DNA from: Nemertoderma westbladi | Lineage: Eukaryota > Animalia > Xenacoelomorpha | Reading direction: 5' to 3' | DNA: 40,524 nucleotides | Assembly (NCBI GenBank): GCA_032718475.1 | Contig: JAUCBJ010004152.1 | Span: forward strand, 1-40,524 | In this document: piece after piece, positions 1 through 13,132 of the stretch | Numbering within the stretch: position 1 is the stretch's first letter | Layout of the letters: the number at the start of each line of letters is the position of its first letter | Notes under the pieces: generated by a model | The model's input: the letters and a program-made list of their open reading frames with translations, nothing else | The model's database searches: none | What the model was told of the DNA's origin: nothing | Position numbers and translations under genes: made by a program

Positions 1-219
1 TATATATACGAAAACCGTATTGTGGCACTACATGTGTCGAAAACAGTAATTTATTCTATCCTACTTTATATAATGTAATATATACAGTATGTATGTATAG
101 GGAGGCTATGTAATTGATTCTTTATGCAGTATAATAATAATAAACCATTAATAGAAACGGCGTTTCGGCCGGCTTTAGGCCTCTTCAGCAGTACTGCCAA
201 GTACTTGACACCCCATTTC

Positions 220-2695
220 CTAAGATGTATAGCTGTCACTAGTAGTGGTGATTGTCAAGATACGAGTGGCGATTCTCCTATTATTCTGATTGCTGGCGGA
301 GTCTCCAGGTGGCAGTGGTTGTAGAATCATCAGCCAGGGTGGCAGTGGTAGTAAAGATGACAGCCAGGGTGGCAACGTGGCAGTGGTAGTAGAAACAACA
401 GCCATGATGGCAACGTGGTAGGTAGTGGAAACAACAGCCAGGGTGGCAATGGATGTAGAGTCAACAGCCAGGGTGGCAGTGGTAGTAGAAACAACTACCA
501 GGGTGGCAGTGGTAGTAGAAATGACAGCCAGCACGGCAACGTGGCAGTGGGTGTTTTGCTTGCGCTTTCCAACGTTGATTGTTGCATATGTCAGCTTGTG
601 GGCTTTTCGCAGATTGACTGAAGAATCACAATTAATTCTCTCTGTATCCATCTGATACACCATACGAACATCAGACATCGACACTTTAGCATTTGCTCCT
701 ATTTGAAATACGTCATTCATATAACTCCACTTAAATTCAGGAGGATAAAATATGCCGGTGTTAAATAAGTTATTTCGTGTATTCTTCATGAGGTGATTAT
801 AATCAAACAACGGAATTATATCACAAAGCTCTGGTTCATATATAATCTTTGAGTAAGCATTGACATTAACTGAAAGGCCATCAGTAACAAACACTCGTGG
901 CTGAAACTCGGCCTCTTTTAAATGTTTCACAACTTCCTTGAATTCTTTTATCAACATGTCTCCAGTTAATGTCTCGTAACATGGCACTGACTTGACAATT
1001 ATTCCATTTCCCCCACTTAGAGCTCTTACCATAATATCCAGCATTTATTATATCCACTTTATTATACCCACTTTTGTTACGTGGTAAATAGCTAAAATTA
1101 ACGAGGGGTATTTTAGAGGTATTTTGAGAAACAATAAAGTACGTCGTTGAGATCTTAAGGAAGTAATTCAGTTTTAGATTTTCGGGGGAAATTTCATAAA
1201 TCATAATTCCATCTTCACTTTCAACATCACACCTACACGCATGTACCTCTCTATTCTTAAAAACATCCTCGTCTTCAATCCATTTCTTTATATTTCCCAA
1301 CTGCCACTCCAATTTGTCTTCTTCAAATAATTTTCTATTTTCGAGTAGGTTGTATAGTGTTGGATCAACTTTTCGTTTAGTTGGTGACTTTCGTAGTGGA
1401 GATGTCAATGGCTCAACCAATGTAAATATTGATGGAATTGATTCCTTTTTGAGATTGGAACTTCGAAACTGCAAATTTCTGTTCATCATAAAATTCGGCT
1501 CGAAGTGAACTTTACAAATTCGATCTTTATCGTAATCGAATTCTCGACCTAACGAAAAAATAATCTAAAATAGTTTATATGGCTAGAGTTCCGCCCGTGC
1601 GAGTATTTCTATTTCACATTGCAATGTAAACTAATTACTACTGAATACAAAAACTCGAATCAATAATCAATTAAATGTTCAAAAAATTTGTATTACTACC
1701 TAATTTATAATTTCTAAATAACTATCGGTAGGTAGTATTTAAAAAAATTTTTTTTTAAAATTTGGTATTAAATTTAGTGTTATAAATGTTATAGTTTCAG
1801 GTAGCTAGCAATTTTTAAGATAGCTAGTATTTTTATAACATAGGTGTAGCTTGTGTGACAATTTTTTAAATTAAAATTTTTATTTTTTCGATTTGTATTA
1901 TTGGAAAGTGTTATAGAACATAAGTAGATATGTTGTTTTTATGGTAGCAAGTGTTTTTTTTACGAGCTAGTATCTTTTGAAACTATAAAAATGTTGACAT
2001 ATTTGGCAATAAAATTGTTAAAAGTTGAAATCTGATTTTTTTTTAATTACTAGCTAATTTAAAATTAAAAAATTACTAGCTATATGTTCTAGGTCATTTT
2101 ATTTTTTATTTTATTCTAGAATAGTTAAATAACTTTTATATGGTGTTCTATAACTAATATTGAAGCCATAGTAACAATGATTAAGGATCATACGCATACG
2201 CATGTTTCATACGGATAGCCGTTTTTTTAACTAGCTAGTATTTTTTGAAATTATAAAAAAATGTGAAATCATTGATTCTAGAATGTTTTCCAATATTAAA
2301 AAAACACTAAATAAAATATATTTTTTTTTAATTTTCAAAAATACTAGCTAGTAAAAAAAATACTACTAGATGTCAGAAAAAAATGTCTACTAAGGTTCTA
2401 GAACAATCACCAATGTTCTAGAAATTATAAAATGCAATAAAACCAAATAAAAAGACATACAAATTTTATAAATTTGCTGTACCATGGCAGAATGGCTACA
2501 CACATACTATAGTAGTACCAAATACCGTAGATAACATGTCGTAGAACATTTCATGCATGATATAATAATAAAATCCTTACCTCGCGTATTCAGCCCCTGA
2601 CGAATCGCTTGTTTCCATTCATTGCAAACAGCAACATCAATAGGAAACCGGTGCAAATGGTCTTTTGACTTGCAAACTAAACAAGTACGTGGCAT
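220..2695 (-). pseudogene. THAP-domain P-element-type transposase, spliced, internally deleted/frameshifted
   Basis: Exon 1 (2695-2581, MPRTCLVC..HRFP..W) joins exon 2 (from 1548, ..RICKVHF..LKKESIPSIF) through a phase-1 GT-AG intron to give a complete C2CH THAP domain. After a frame break near 1045, ORF 220-1044 carries P-transposase motifs (VFVTDGLSVN, FDYNHLMKNTRNNL). The C-terminus runs into a minisatellite. Confidence 0.8.
305..550. repeat. ~30-bp minisatellite (CAGCCAGGGTGGCAGTGGTAGTAGAAACAA-like)
   Basis: About 7 degenerate copies read directly from the sequence. Confidence 0.85.
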
Positions 2696-4080
2696 ATGAT
2701 GTAGATACTGTAGTTCACTATGTGTAGCCAGTGAAGTAATGAAGGCCCTACTGTGTAGAGACTAAAGGTTACCGCGATGTAGGCCTACTGGTTAATACTG
2801 TAGTAATCGAAAAATTATCGGTTAAAATATTGTTTTAAAATAGTGCAGCTGTAGCTAGTTGTGGTAATAATAATATTGTTGACAAACCAACGCATCACTT
2901 TTACAACAGCGCAGTTCAAGAATAATGGCAGTACTACTTGTTGCCATAGAAATATATCGCAAATAAGCTTAAATCGCCCCCAACAATGCATTTCTTGTTG
3001 GCAAATTTGAAAACTTTGACGGATTATATCTCGAGAACGCTCCGGTCGAATTTGCTTAAATTTTTTTTCTGAGGTTTCTATGGCATATACTACCACTTTA
3101 TTGAAAAAAATTTCGGGGCCGAAAAAATAACACTAATGCGGTTCCGTGTATATTTAGTATTCCATGGTTTACTCGATTTTAGGATACAAGTTCATTGTGA
3201 ATGTTAGTGAATCTCTTAACCAGTGTATATATTATAGAAAGTTAATCAAAATGCATTAATGTTGTCCTGAAACTGTTGTAAACACTCTGGTAAAGAAAAT
3301 TTCGGAAATTATCTTGCAGTTCGCCAACCCGGCCCTAGTAACCTCCTTAGCAACATATTTATGAAATTTAAATTATTAATTTCATTGTCTCACTTTTTCT
3401 TTTCCGGAGAAAATCAACAAACAGTTTAAAAAATTAAAATGCCATCAGACAACTTAAATAACATCTTGGGAACACATCAAGGGCAATATAAAATCAAATA
3501 GCGTTTAATGTCGCAGACACAGACCAATTATTTGGACCAGAGTAATTTACACAAGTATCAAAATATTAAGTTTACGTGGAGAATTCATGTACCTTTACTC
3601 AACTATTTGCTCCCATATTTGTAATTATATAAAAATAACATTACAGCTCTTTAGCATGGTAATACTTCCCGTCATATTGTACACATTCGGGTGACATTTA
3701 CAGTCCACGTTACCATAGCAACAGACCAAATAAGACAATTTAATAAGAATTCAAATTACAGTATAACATAATGCAGTTTTCACTTACGTAGTTTACCTTA
3801 CCAGAGTTTTGAGATATTATATGAGACACGTCGCATAGCTACTGTATAAACCTTCAACTGTTAGTCAACATCCTATCGTGATTTGGGGAATATTGTTTAA
3901 TACAAATATGAATTTTAAAGTATCTCAGGCGTTCATTGAGGAGACCTACAGTTAATAGTTAACTCACTCTAAATTCTGCTAAGTAATTAGTTTTGCAACA
4001 GGCAGGTATATCACACTATGCACCGTCGAGAAAGGGGTTGGGGAGGGGGGGGGGGGGGGGGGGGCAACAAATCCCATTAC

Positions 4081-4170
4081 GGCGAATTAATATTTTGTCT
4101 CAATGTTAAATTATCAATTTAGGGAAAGGAGCAGTTTACAGTGGCACGTTATTCTAACCAAAACAATAAA
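4081..4170 (+). repeat. Dispersed repeat, copy 1 (partner at 32077-32167)
   Basis: ~90 bp GGCGAATTAATAT...TAGGGAAAGGAGCAG.TTACAGTGGCACGTTATT.TAACCAAAACAATAAAC. Both copies are preceded by a long G run. Confidence 0.8.
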
Positions 4171-4559
4171 CGAAGTAATCGCAGTCGAAGTAATCGGATG
4201 TTATTTGCATCGATTTTCCCATGGAGAGGGATCAATTTTGATTGCATCCCCCCCCCCCCATCTGGCACCATAAATATCGACCTACCTGACAGTAATTTTT
4301 CTTTCACTTTGAGAATCATTTTCACTATCACTTGCATCTGCCTATTATTATTATGACTTGATGGAAATGGATTGTGTCGAACATATTCCTACTCTTAAAA
4401 GGAAAACTTGCCCGAATGTGGTTTGTGAAGAGACATGCATATCATGTGGAGCAAAGAAAGATGAGCGATTAAGAATTGCTTCAGTTGACGGAAATTTAAA
4501 ATTAAAGTTGTTAGCACTACTAGTACTACTCTACTATCGGCATGCTACGTTGAAGCTGC

Positions 4560-6060
4560 ATTATATGTTACATATATGTAGAATTCTGTGCCGGCTTGTC
4601 GACAAAATTGCGCCGCCACAACGTCTGGTCCCTTGACAATTGCTAGATCATCCGTATCTTCAAGACCAGTGTCCTTCATGAGGCGTCTCAAAAAAGTCAT
4701 GGGATGTCCACCATACTTATTCACTTCATGAGGTAGCCAAAGCACACGATTATGCGCTGGTTAGTCCTCACGCCCAAAGCAATGGTCTGCTTTCCTATTG
4801 TCAAGCTAGGAGAGACGATGAAACAGCTCCAATGTGGTATATATTCTGGTTGGAAATGCGTTCATTGTACATAACAAAATGAACCCGGTGCAGCATTCAT
4901 GTGAACGTGCCGTCCAGAGATTTGGTATCCTCTGCAGTTAGAGCCCACCATGGACTCAATATTCAATATATTTTATTTTATCCTCAAACGAACAAGTAAT
5001 ACATATTAGATCAACATTCGCACCCCGGCACCATAGATTCCCATATAAGAGTACTGGTACTACTGCTGCCAGAAATAATTTATTCTGTGGGACTTACAAA
5101 TCCTGGATAGACTATTCAATGCTGCCTATGCCTTCCTCTTACGTATCCGAAGGTCATCACCTGACTTCCAGATCCATGATCCAAAGTAGCAGAAGTCATC
5201 AACATTCTCAAGCAAGCCATCCCTTTAGCTTATTCCCTTACGATCAGACATTTCTTGAGGGATGTCAAGTTTCACTGTCACAATTTTGGACATCTTGGAG
5301 TTTACAAAAAGACAAACACAAGAAGCAACCTGGTCCAATGAACAGATAAGCCTTTGGGCTCCCTCTAGTGAATCTGACAGTACCCCTATATCGTCAGTAA
5401 ATTCTATATTAAATTATTTAATTATATATGCTATGCACTGCTTGTGCCAGTAGGGGGTGTTACCATCACCCCATCTTTATTAAGATGGTCTAAGGACATG
5501 CGTAGAACATAATCAACCACAATTACGAATAAGAATGGTGAAGTGTGTCACCCTAAAGGATTCCGCAAAAGACTTCGAATGGATCTGTGTCATCATCAGC
5601 AGAAGACGCAAATGTGATGGAACCATCGTACAGCGATCTGATAGCTGCAATTATTTCCTCAGGAATCCCATGTGCTTAAAGTATGCTAAACATCCGTGGT
5701 CGGGAGACTGAGTCGAAGGCCTTAAAGAAGTCAACACAAGATAAGCCAGATGTCTGTCTTTCTTTGTTGATAACTTTTTGATTATTCTTCTAAGTACCAG
5801 AATAGGCTTAATGTCCTACACGACGTTTACGGAACCCATTTTGGTTCTTACGTAATAGTCTCTCAACAGGATCCCTGATGCAATTTAATATAATTCTGTT
5901 GTATTGCTTTGCAGCAATCGAGATTAACGAGTTTCCACGAAAAGATTCATAGGTTGTTAGGTTGCCCTTCTTTGGGGCCAACTTTTATATTTTAATTTCT
6001 CGAGGGACTCTCTTTGTCCTATACATGTCTAGAATAATGGAGTGAATGAGCTCTAAGCAC
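4560..6060 (-). pseudogene. Decayed non-LTR retrotransposon (RTE-like LINE) reverse transcriptase, 5'-truncated
   Basis: Minus-strand translation gives RKNQNGFR, CVDFFKAFDSVSRPRMFSIL*AHGIP, PFLFVIVVDYVLR, VDDFCYFGSWI, VPVLLYG and a C-terminal LWLP..GGHP..LMKDTG, with stops and frameshifts. Confidence 0.85.
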
Positions 6061-6324
6061 TCAGGAATTTTAGTAAATAATAATTAATCAAATCTAGCAA
6101 AGAGAAGAAAAGTATTGTTTAACTTTACTTATGAATTTTTTGCGTGAAAATATATATAGTATACACATAAATTACACACGTACAGTAGATAGGCCTACTA
6201 ATAATAATACCGAATAATTACTAATAATATACAGATATACAGATACAAAGCATTATTGAGATACGGATACAGAGCATATTACATCGTTCTCGCTCATAGG
6301 CAAGCAAATAATCCTTATCTAATC

Positions 6325-6605
6325 TCTAATCTAATCTAATCTAATCTAATCTAATCTAATCTAATCTAATCTAATCTAATCTAATCTAATCTAATCTAAT
6401 CTAATCTAATCTAATCTAATCTAATCTAATCTAATCTAATCTAATCTAATCTAATCTAATCTAATCTAATCTAATCTAATCTAATCTAATCTAATCTAAT
6501 CTAATCTAATCTAATCTAATCTAATCTAATCTAATCTAATCTAATCTAATCTAATCTAATCTAATCTAATCTAATCTAATCTAATCTAATCTAATCTAAT
6601 CTAAT
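6325..6605. repeat. (CTAAT)n microsatellite
   Basis: Perfect pentanucleotide array of ~280 bp. Confidence 0.98.
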
Positions 6606-6655
6606 ACATTACTATTACTGTATACTGGTATATAAAAATCATGTATAGCGTATTA

Positions 6656-6715
6656 ACTAGCAGATATCTTGGGTGATAGGGTGTTCTGGCGGCGCAACTT
6701 TGCTGACAAGCTGGC
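6656..6715 (+). mobile_element. Tiny 3'-terminal fragment of a related LINE, interrupted by LTR element A (continues at ~13815)
   Basis: GGCGGCGCAACTTTGCTGACAAGCTGGC(ATAG) (WRRNFADKLA*) matches the reverse complement of 4588-4618 (WRRNFVDKPA). Confidence 0.6.
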
Positions 6716-7261
6716 TGTGACGGGATCTACGGATCCCGGTTTATCCGTTGGGTTTTCTATCTACGCGTCCCCGCCGTGTGTGAAAGGTAAAAGAGTTCTG
6801 ATGTTCGGTTATATGTATAAGGTATAATATAGTTGATATATAGGCTATAGTATAGTATGGCACAGTTACCGGTAGATAAGTATGATGGCGGTAGCGGACG
6901 GTGATAGAAGTCACCGTTCCACCCTACTGAACTAACTGAGTAAACTGAATGAATGATTGCTGTACAGGTAATATGTACTGCACGGGTTTGGCCGTTACAG
7001 TACTTAGTCGATGCTGTCCCCCATTGGCTAATATCCCTGTTGGCACCCTTTGCCCCCCTCTGAAGTGCTTCCCTTCGCCCTTGCTGTTCTCTCTTGGTTA
7101 GGGGTTTGGCCCCTGACCCTTATTGTGTGTGTTTCCTTTGGGGCCTATTGTCCCCGTTTACTGGGGTGACACGAGGTTGATTGGTAATCAACCTCGTGCT
7201 CCCAATATTGCTTTATGGCTCACTCTATGGGTTTGTGTTAGCGGAATTGGATAAGCTAACA
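6716..7261 (-). repeat. 3' LTR of element A
   Basis: Direct repeat of 13263-13809. The only difference noticed is one C in a homopolymer. Confidence 0.95.
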
Positions 7262-7270
7262 CTCCCCCCA
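7262..7270 (-). promoter_or_regulatory. Polypurine tract of element A
   Basis: Minus strand reads TGGGGGGAG immediately before the LTR start TGTTAGC. Confidence 0.8.
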
Positions 7271-7859
7271 TGCTATCTTCCCGGTGAGAAGATAGCATCC
7301 AACTAAAGTGCGCTACAATTCCGCTGGATCCCGATCTAGCATCGGGTGTGGGGTGGGTTATTTTCTTTCTCGGAGTCGGCTTTCCAGGCCGCTCCCTGTG
7401 GGTATGATGTCACTACCCTCTGGCGTCTCGTGTCGGGCCGATCGTGCGCTTCTCTCACACAATTTTTGTTTCCCCAACACTCTCACCACTCTACTCCAAC
7501 TCTCGCATACCCCCGGACCTCCTCGTCCCACACTCTTCCTCTCACTTCTCCTCCCCCACACTTGAATTGCGCCCACGCTCTCTTCGCACTCCGTACTATT
7601 ACTCCATCCCTCCTTGACTACCTTATCCCTTCTGACGAATCTCACCCCCCCCCCCCCCTCCGTGCCGTCGCACTCAGGAAATGTGAAATCATCTGGCGTC
7701 TTGTCCCTAGTGCCATAGTCACTTAGCCCCCCAGTCCCAGTAGCTAATTGAGAAAGGTTGTATGACTATAGTACTTACACCACTATCTCCGCACTCCGCA
7801 CTATCACCTCTCCACTCTCTTGTCACTCCCTAAGGCTTTAATCTCTAATGCTACCCCTG

Positions 7860-9480
7860 TGCTATCATACTATCTACCTACTGCTTACTAACTCTAACTA
7901 TCTAACTAACTCTGCTAACTACTAACTCTTACTACTTCTAGCTCTAACTGAGAGCCTCTAACTTTCTACTGACTCTAACTCTCTACTAAGTCTAACTAAC
8001 TCCTACTAACTTTCTACTTCTACTAACTCTACTTGACTCCTCTGAGTCTACCAACTCTCTAGCCCTTTAACTAGAACTCCCTAACTCCACCCACTCTTCT
8101 AACTACGTGGCGCTTGCGGTGCCCACAACCACTCTACTTTCTGGCACCCTATGTGCCCTACTCAACTACCTCTCTAGCTCTACTAACTAACTAGCTCTAC
8201 TAACTCTACTCCACTCTTCTAACTACGTGGCGCTTGCGGTGCCCACAACCCCTTTACTACTACTTCCTTCTACGTGGCGCTTGCGGTGCCCACAACCACT
8301 CTACTATCTGGCACCCTTTGTGCCCTTCTACTACTCTACTCTATCTCTAACTCTCTAACTCTACTACCTGGCACCCTATGTGCCCTCTCTACTACTCTAC
8401 TCTATCTCTAACTCTCTAACTCTACTACCTGGCACCCTATGTGCCCGTCTACTACTCTACTCTATCTCTAACTTACTTCCTTTACATCTACTCCCTTTAC
8501 GTCTACTCGCCTACACGTGACGCTCTGAATGCCGGCAGAGTGGGTATGTTAATCATGTGAACTACTACTAACTCTTACTAACTCTACTACTAACTCTTAC
8601 TATCTGGCACCCTTCGTGCCCTTCTACTAACTCTTACTATCTGGCACCCTTCGTGCCCTTCTACTAACTCTTACTATCTGGCACCCTTCGTGCCCTTCTA
8701 CTAACTCTTACTATCTAGCACCCTTCGTGCCCTTCTACTCCTCAACTACCTCTCTAACTCTTTTTGTGCCCGGCACCTCTTTTGCCCGGCACCCACCCTA
8801 ATTAACATACCCTGCTCTTACATCAAACACGTCATCACGCCCGTGCCCCACTAAGTTCAACGCATCCCCTACTAACTCTAACTGCGTGGCGCTTCCGGTG
8901 CCCACAACCCTTCTACCGCTACTACTTTCTTTCTAACTCTTACTTTCTCTAACTAACTAGCGGTACTACGTACCCTTTAACTACTTACTCTCTTACTAAC
9001 TATCGGTACTGCGTACCCTTTGACTACTTACTAACTCTAACTCTACTCTTACTAACTGGTACTACGTACCTTCTTACTCTTACTAACTCTCTCTACTCTT
9101 ACTAACCGGTACTACGTACCCTTTATCTCTTACTCTGGCTAACTAGCTAGCGGTACTAAGTACCTTCTAACTAACTAACTCTCTCTACTCTCACTAACCG
9201 GTACTACGTACCCTTTAACTACCTACTCTCTTACGGTACTACATACCTTCTAACTCTTACTCTCTAGCTAGTTAGCGGTACTACGTACCCTCAACCAACT
9301 AACTATCCTAACTCTTACTCTCTAGCTAGTTAGCGGTACTACGTACCCTCAACCAACTAACTATTCTAACTCTTACTAACCAATGGTACTACGTACCCTC
9401 TGACTCTTACTCTCTAGCGGTACTACGTACCACCCTTTAACTAACTAACTAACTAACTAACTCTTACTACCTAACTTCTA
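7860..9480. repeat. Non-coding low-complexity array with recurrent short hairpin motifs (3' UTR of element A)
   Basis: CTAA/CTCT/CTAC linkers punctuated by GGCAC-N5-GTGCC, GGTAC-N3-GTACC and GTGGCGCTTGCGGTGCCCAC. A 37-bp tandem unit x4 lies at ~8588-8737. Confidence 0.85.
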
Positions 9481-9515
9481 CCTCCTCTATTATTTAATTA
9501 TTTTCTTATTTTTAA

Positions 9516-12500
9516 TTAAATAATTATTTTATATTTTGTGCGTGGGAAGGGCGTCTCGCCCTCATTCCCACCCCCCTCAGTCCAAAACTTTGGACGACTA
9601 AAAACTCTCACGTGCCCCTTCTTCCAGTAGGCACTCTCCTGCTGCCCTCCTATACGTCCTCTAACTCTTCGCCACACTCTCTTCGGTGCTACCTTTGCTG
9701 GCCTCCCCCTTCGTGTGTGCGCTGGCATTAGAGCCCTCGACGACCCCCGCTCGTCCCTCGGTATACGCGGTGTCTGCCCGTGCAATGCCCCCTCGCACTG
9801 TGTCCGTCCTGCGTGTGTATGCAACACGCCTCCTTCTACTTTCCCGACTCCCTTATGTTTGCTAATGGGCTTCTCTGCCCCTGGTTTAGTCCTTTCATAT
9901 CCTCTCCCTTTCCAACACTCTCCGGATCTGTGTCCTTTTACCACACATCGATGACATAGTCCGTTTGCGTCTGTGTAGGCTACACGATCTCGTTTGGGCA
10001 ACGCTTGCCAGTACTTGCAACTCCTGGTCTTATGGGTTCCGTCCCGATGTAATTGACATTGGAATCCTGGATTATAGCGTTTCCTGTATAGTCCTTCACG
10101 TATCGCGCTTAGGTTTATATGTACCGATTTAATGTTTCGATTGTCTAGACTCGGCCTACTGGGTATATTGGGATTGTGTTTATTTTTGGTGTTATTTTCT
10201 TCCTGTCCCTGCCACGGTGTGGCCCTACTACCAGCTAACTGTGGACTGGTAGTCCCCTGTATGGCCGCGTGTGGTGGTGACTGTCCGCACGACCTGCTCT
10301 CGTCCAGGGAGTTCGATATTCTTGCTCCTATCGGGGTATATTGTCGATATTGTGATGGGGGAATGTCACCCTGTCCCCCCCCCAGCCGGTATGTTTGGTA
10401 CTGGGGTTGATGTTAATACATTGGGGCCCATACGTCTATCTCCAATAACTCCCCCCTCCCCTGGATATATGTTATGTCCCTGTGTATTATAGTCATGCTG
10501 CTGTACCGATATAGGCCTACCTACCTCTCGCCTACCTACCGGTATGTACTCCGCGACTTCCGGGTTTAATCCCGTCGTTCGCGCTACCCCATCGCCTACT
10601 CTATCTCTCCCAGCATGGCCTATAATAGTATGTGCAGTAAGGCCTACAGTATGTCCTGCAGTCTGCATGTGCCCTTCCGAACCGAAGTTTATTCTTCGCG
10701 AATCTCGAATCTCCCCGCGACTACTGCACTCTCGATCGGCAGCTATATCCCGTCGGGAAGCTTCTCTCCGATCCCCTCTCCTGTTCTCGACTCTGTATTG
10801 GTACGTCTTGTACCCCTCTCTTGGCGTGCGGTGCGTTTCTCCGGGGCGACGGCAATCTCCCGAAGTTCGACCCCACTGGCTCCCTGACTCCATCTCTACT
10901 ATCGACGGTCCGTCATCCGTCCTCGCACTCCTATCGTTCGTGGCGACACCTTTTCTACTATCTCCTCTTCTTCTCTTTTCAGTGCAGTATTCCCGCTCGT
11001 GAGATCTCTCGTCGACCTCCCGGTTAAACTCCACTGTTCTTCTTCTCTCTTCTGATCGGGCTCGACGCTTCGTCTGCCCTCTCGCGACGTCAACCTGCCT
11101 CTCTCTACTCGATCGCACGCCGCTGGGGATACTCGCAATCCCCCTATTACTCTCCGTCGCCGGGTGTTGCGGTTTACCTGATTCGGCCCGCGCATTATCC
11201 GCTGACGGCTGTGGGACACTCTCTGCCCCCCCTCTCTCTCTACTAACTCTCTCGCGGTGGGGTGTCCGTAGCCCCCCCCCCACCCGCCACTTCTAACTTC
11301 ACTATCTCTTACTACACTTCTGCGTCCCTCTTGTGGGGCATTCTCTGCCCCCCCTCTCTCACCACTAATCTTATGTGGTGGGGCGCCGGCAGCCCCCCCC
11401 CCACTCGCCACATCTAACTTCACTATCTCTCACTTCGTCTCTACACCCCTCTCTAGTCGACGCACTGTCTCTACTACGGCTGGGTCTATTCACCCCCGCC
11501 TCTCTCTCTACTACTGCGTGGCCCACCAGGCCCACTTCGGGTTGGCTCAACCCCGCTACCTCCTGCCTACTAACTGCGTGGCCTACCAGGCCGCCGCCTG
11601 CCGGGCTATACACGTCTGACACGCTCATATTAATAGCACCATTCCCAATATTATTTGTTAAATCAATTAAATTATTATTTTCAAAATTTAAATTAATATT
11701 CGAATTATTTGAATTAATGTTATTATTTGAATTTAAATTTAAATTACTACTACCAGGTAAAATATTATTTGCTGCAATAAAGGGATTAGGGTTATCTACT
11801 ACGGTACTATTAATATTAACTATTTCTAACGTACTATTATTACCCCCCCCCCCCCCCCCCCCCGCCCGTACGGCTGGCTACACCAGTTCTGGTTCTCTCG
11901 CCCGGTGCCTGTAGGTGGGGTCTCACTCTCTGACAGTTCCAACCGCACCAGTTCTAGTCGGCGCTGATTCAGTTTGGCTTGATATTGCGCAAGCCTCCCT
12001 AGCACGGCATGCAAATCATCCCGCCTGCACTCACCCTCTATCCCCCACTCTCGCATATTCTGCCCGGCCAACTCTGCCTCTCTCGCAACCATCTCAAGCC
12101 GCCTCGCCGCCTCGCCGGCTCGCTCTCTACTCCCATCTCTCGCTCTCTACACTCCTTGGCTCTCTCTCTACACTCCTCGGCTTGCTCTCTATACTCCCTC
12201 TCCAACTCTCCTAACCTCTCTGAAAATGCGGTTTCCTCTCTCAATTGTCTCTCTAACTCATTCTGCTCTGTCGCAACCATTTCTAATTTATACGCCATGC
12301 GTTCACTCTCTCGCACCCGTCTTTCTTTTACGGAGGATGTAGCAGACTTATCGGTTGCGACGGACTCCCGCCGCCCCTCCGTCCTACTAACTTTCCCCCG
12401 CCTCCCGGAACTTCCTCCGACCGACGAGACCGAATCCTCGGAGTTAACCTCGGATTCGCCCTCCTCAGGTCTCTTCCAACCCACTAATTTTACTCCCCGG

Positions 12501-13132
12501 GCATCGACTAAGTATGGCCCTACGTACACTACGCTAGGTTCCATACCCCCACATTCCCATAGTTCAATCAGTTCGTTGACAACTCCCCTCGCCCTCTCCT
12601 CGGCTAGTTCTCCCTGCCCAGAACGCACTAGGTAATCAAAGTATCTGTTCGACTCACCTAGTCGTCTCCTCAGTCTCACCTCGTCTATCTTCGCCCCTCC
12701 TTTGGCCTCTCTCAGTTGCTCCCGGGTCGCGGCGTAGGCCCGTCGAAGTCGATCAGAAATCCCAACGTCCTCGTCGCCGACCTCTCCTCCATCTCTCTGG
12801 GTCCGACGTCGTACCGACGGCCCCACCGTCGCCGTTCCGGTGGACCGTTCGTCGTCCTCGGCCTGTGGCTGGCCGGCGACATCGGTGCGTCGACCCTCGC
12901 TCCGCGTCGACTCGTCTTCCTCTTCTCCTCCCGACTCGATTTCTCTTTGTAGACGACCCCCCACATCTTGGTTCGCCGGGTCGCTCGTTATCGACGTGGC
13001 GTCAACGTGCGTCGACGTGGTCGGCGTAGCATCGACCGGCGTCGTGGGTTCGTATCGTCTCGCCGTGGCCTCGCGGATCGTTAGATCGTCGTCCGGGGTC
13101 CGCGGCGGTGTCGTTCCTTTCTCTCGACTCAT
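9516..13132 (-). pseudogene. Gag-like polypeptide of element A (~1200 codons, broken by frameshifts at simple-sequence runs)
   Basis: Overlapping minus ORFs 12038-13132, 11826-12092, 11371-11628, 10366-11283 and 9516-10001 can be joined. Coiled-coil N-terminal part. C-terminal CQLH..THKTRSC..R..LCHRCVVKGHRSGEC resembles tandem BEL/Pao Gag knuckles. Confidence 0.7.

Larger units (their letters stand above)
1..3166 (-). mobile_element. Degenerate P-element/THAP9-like DNA transposon (left end probably just outside the window)
   Basis: Contains THAP plus P-type transposase remnants. The reverse complement of 3139-3166 (CATGGAATACTAAATATACACGGAACCG) resembles the window start TATATATACGAAAACCG, consistent with imperfect TIRs. 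Confidence 0.65.

Noticed and set aside
2222-2360. ~38-bp inverted repeat in the THAP intron
   Set aside because: Very AT-rich and degenerate; no TSD or defined element boundaries could be assigned.
6325-6605. Telomeric repeat
   Set aside because: CTAAT/ATTAG is not TTAGG or TTAGGG; treated as an ordinary interstitial microsatellite.
6716-7261. Retrozyme (hammerhead-containing LTR)
   Set aside because: No CUGANGA...GAAA core with flanking stems was found on either strand of the LTR.
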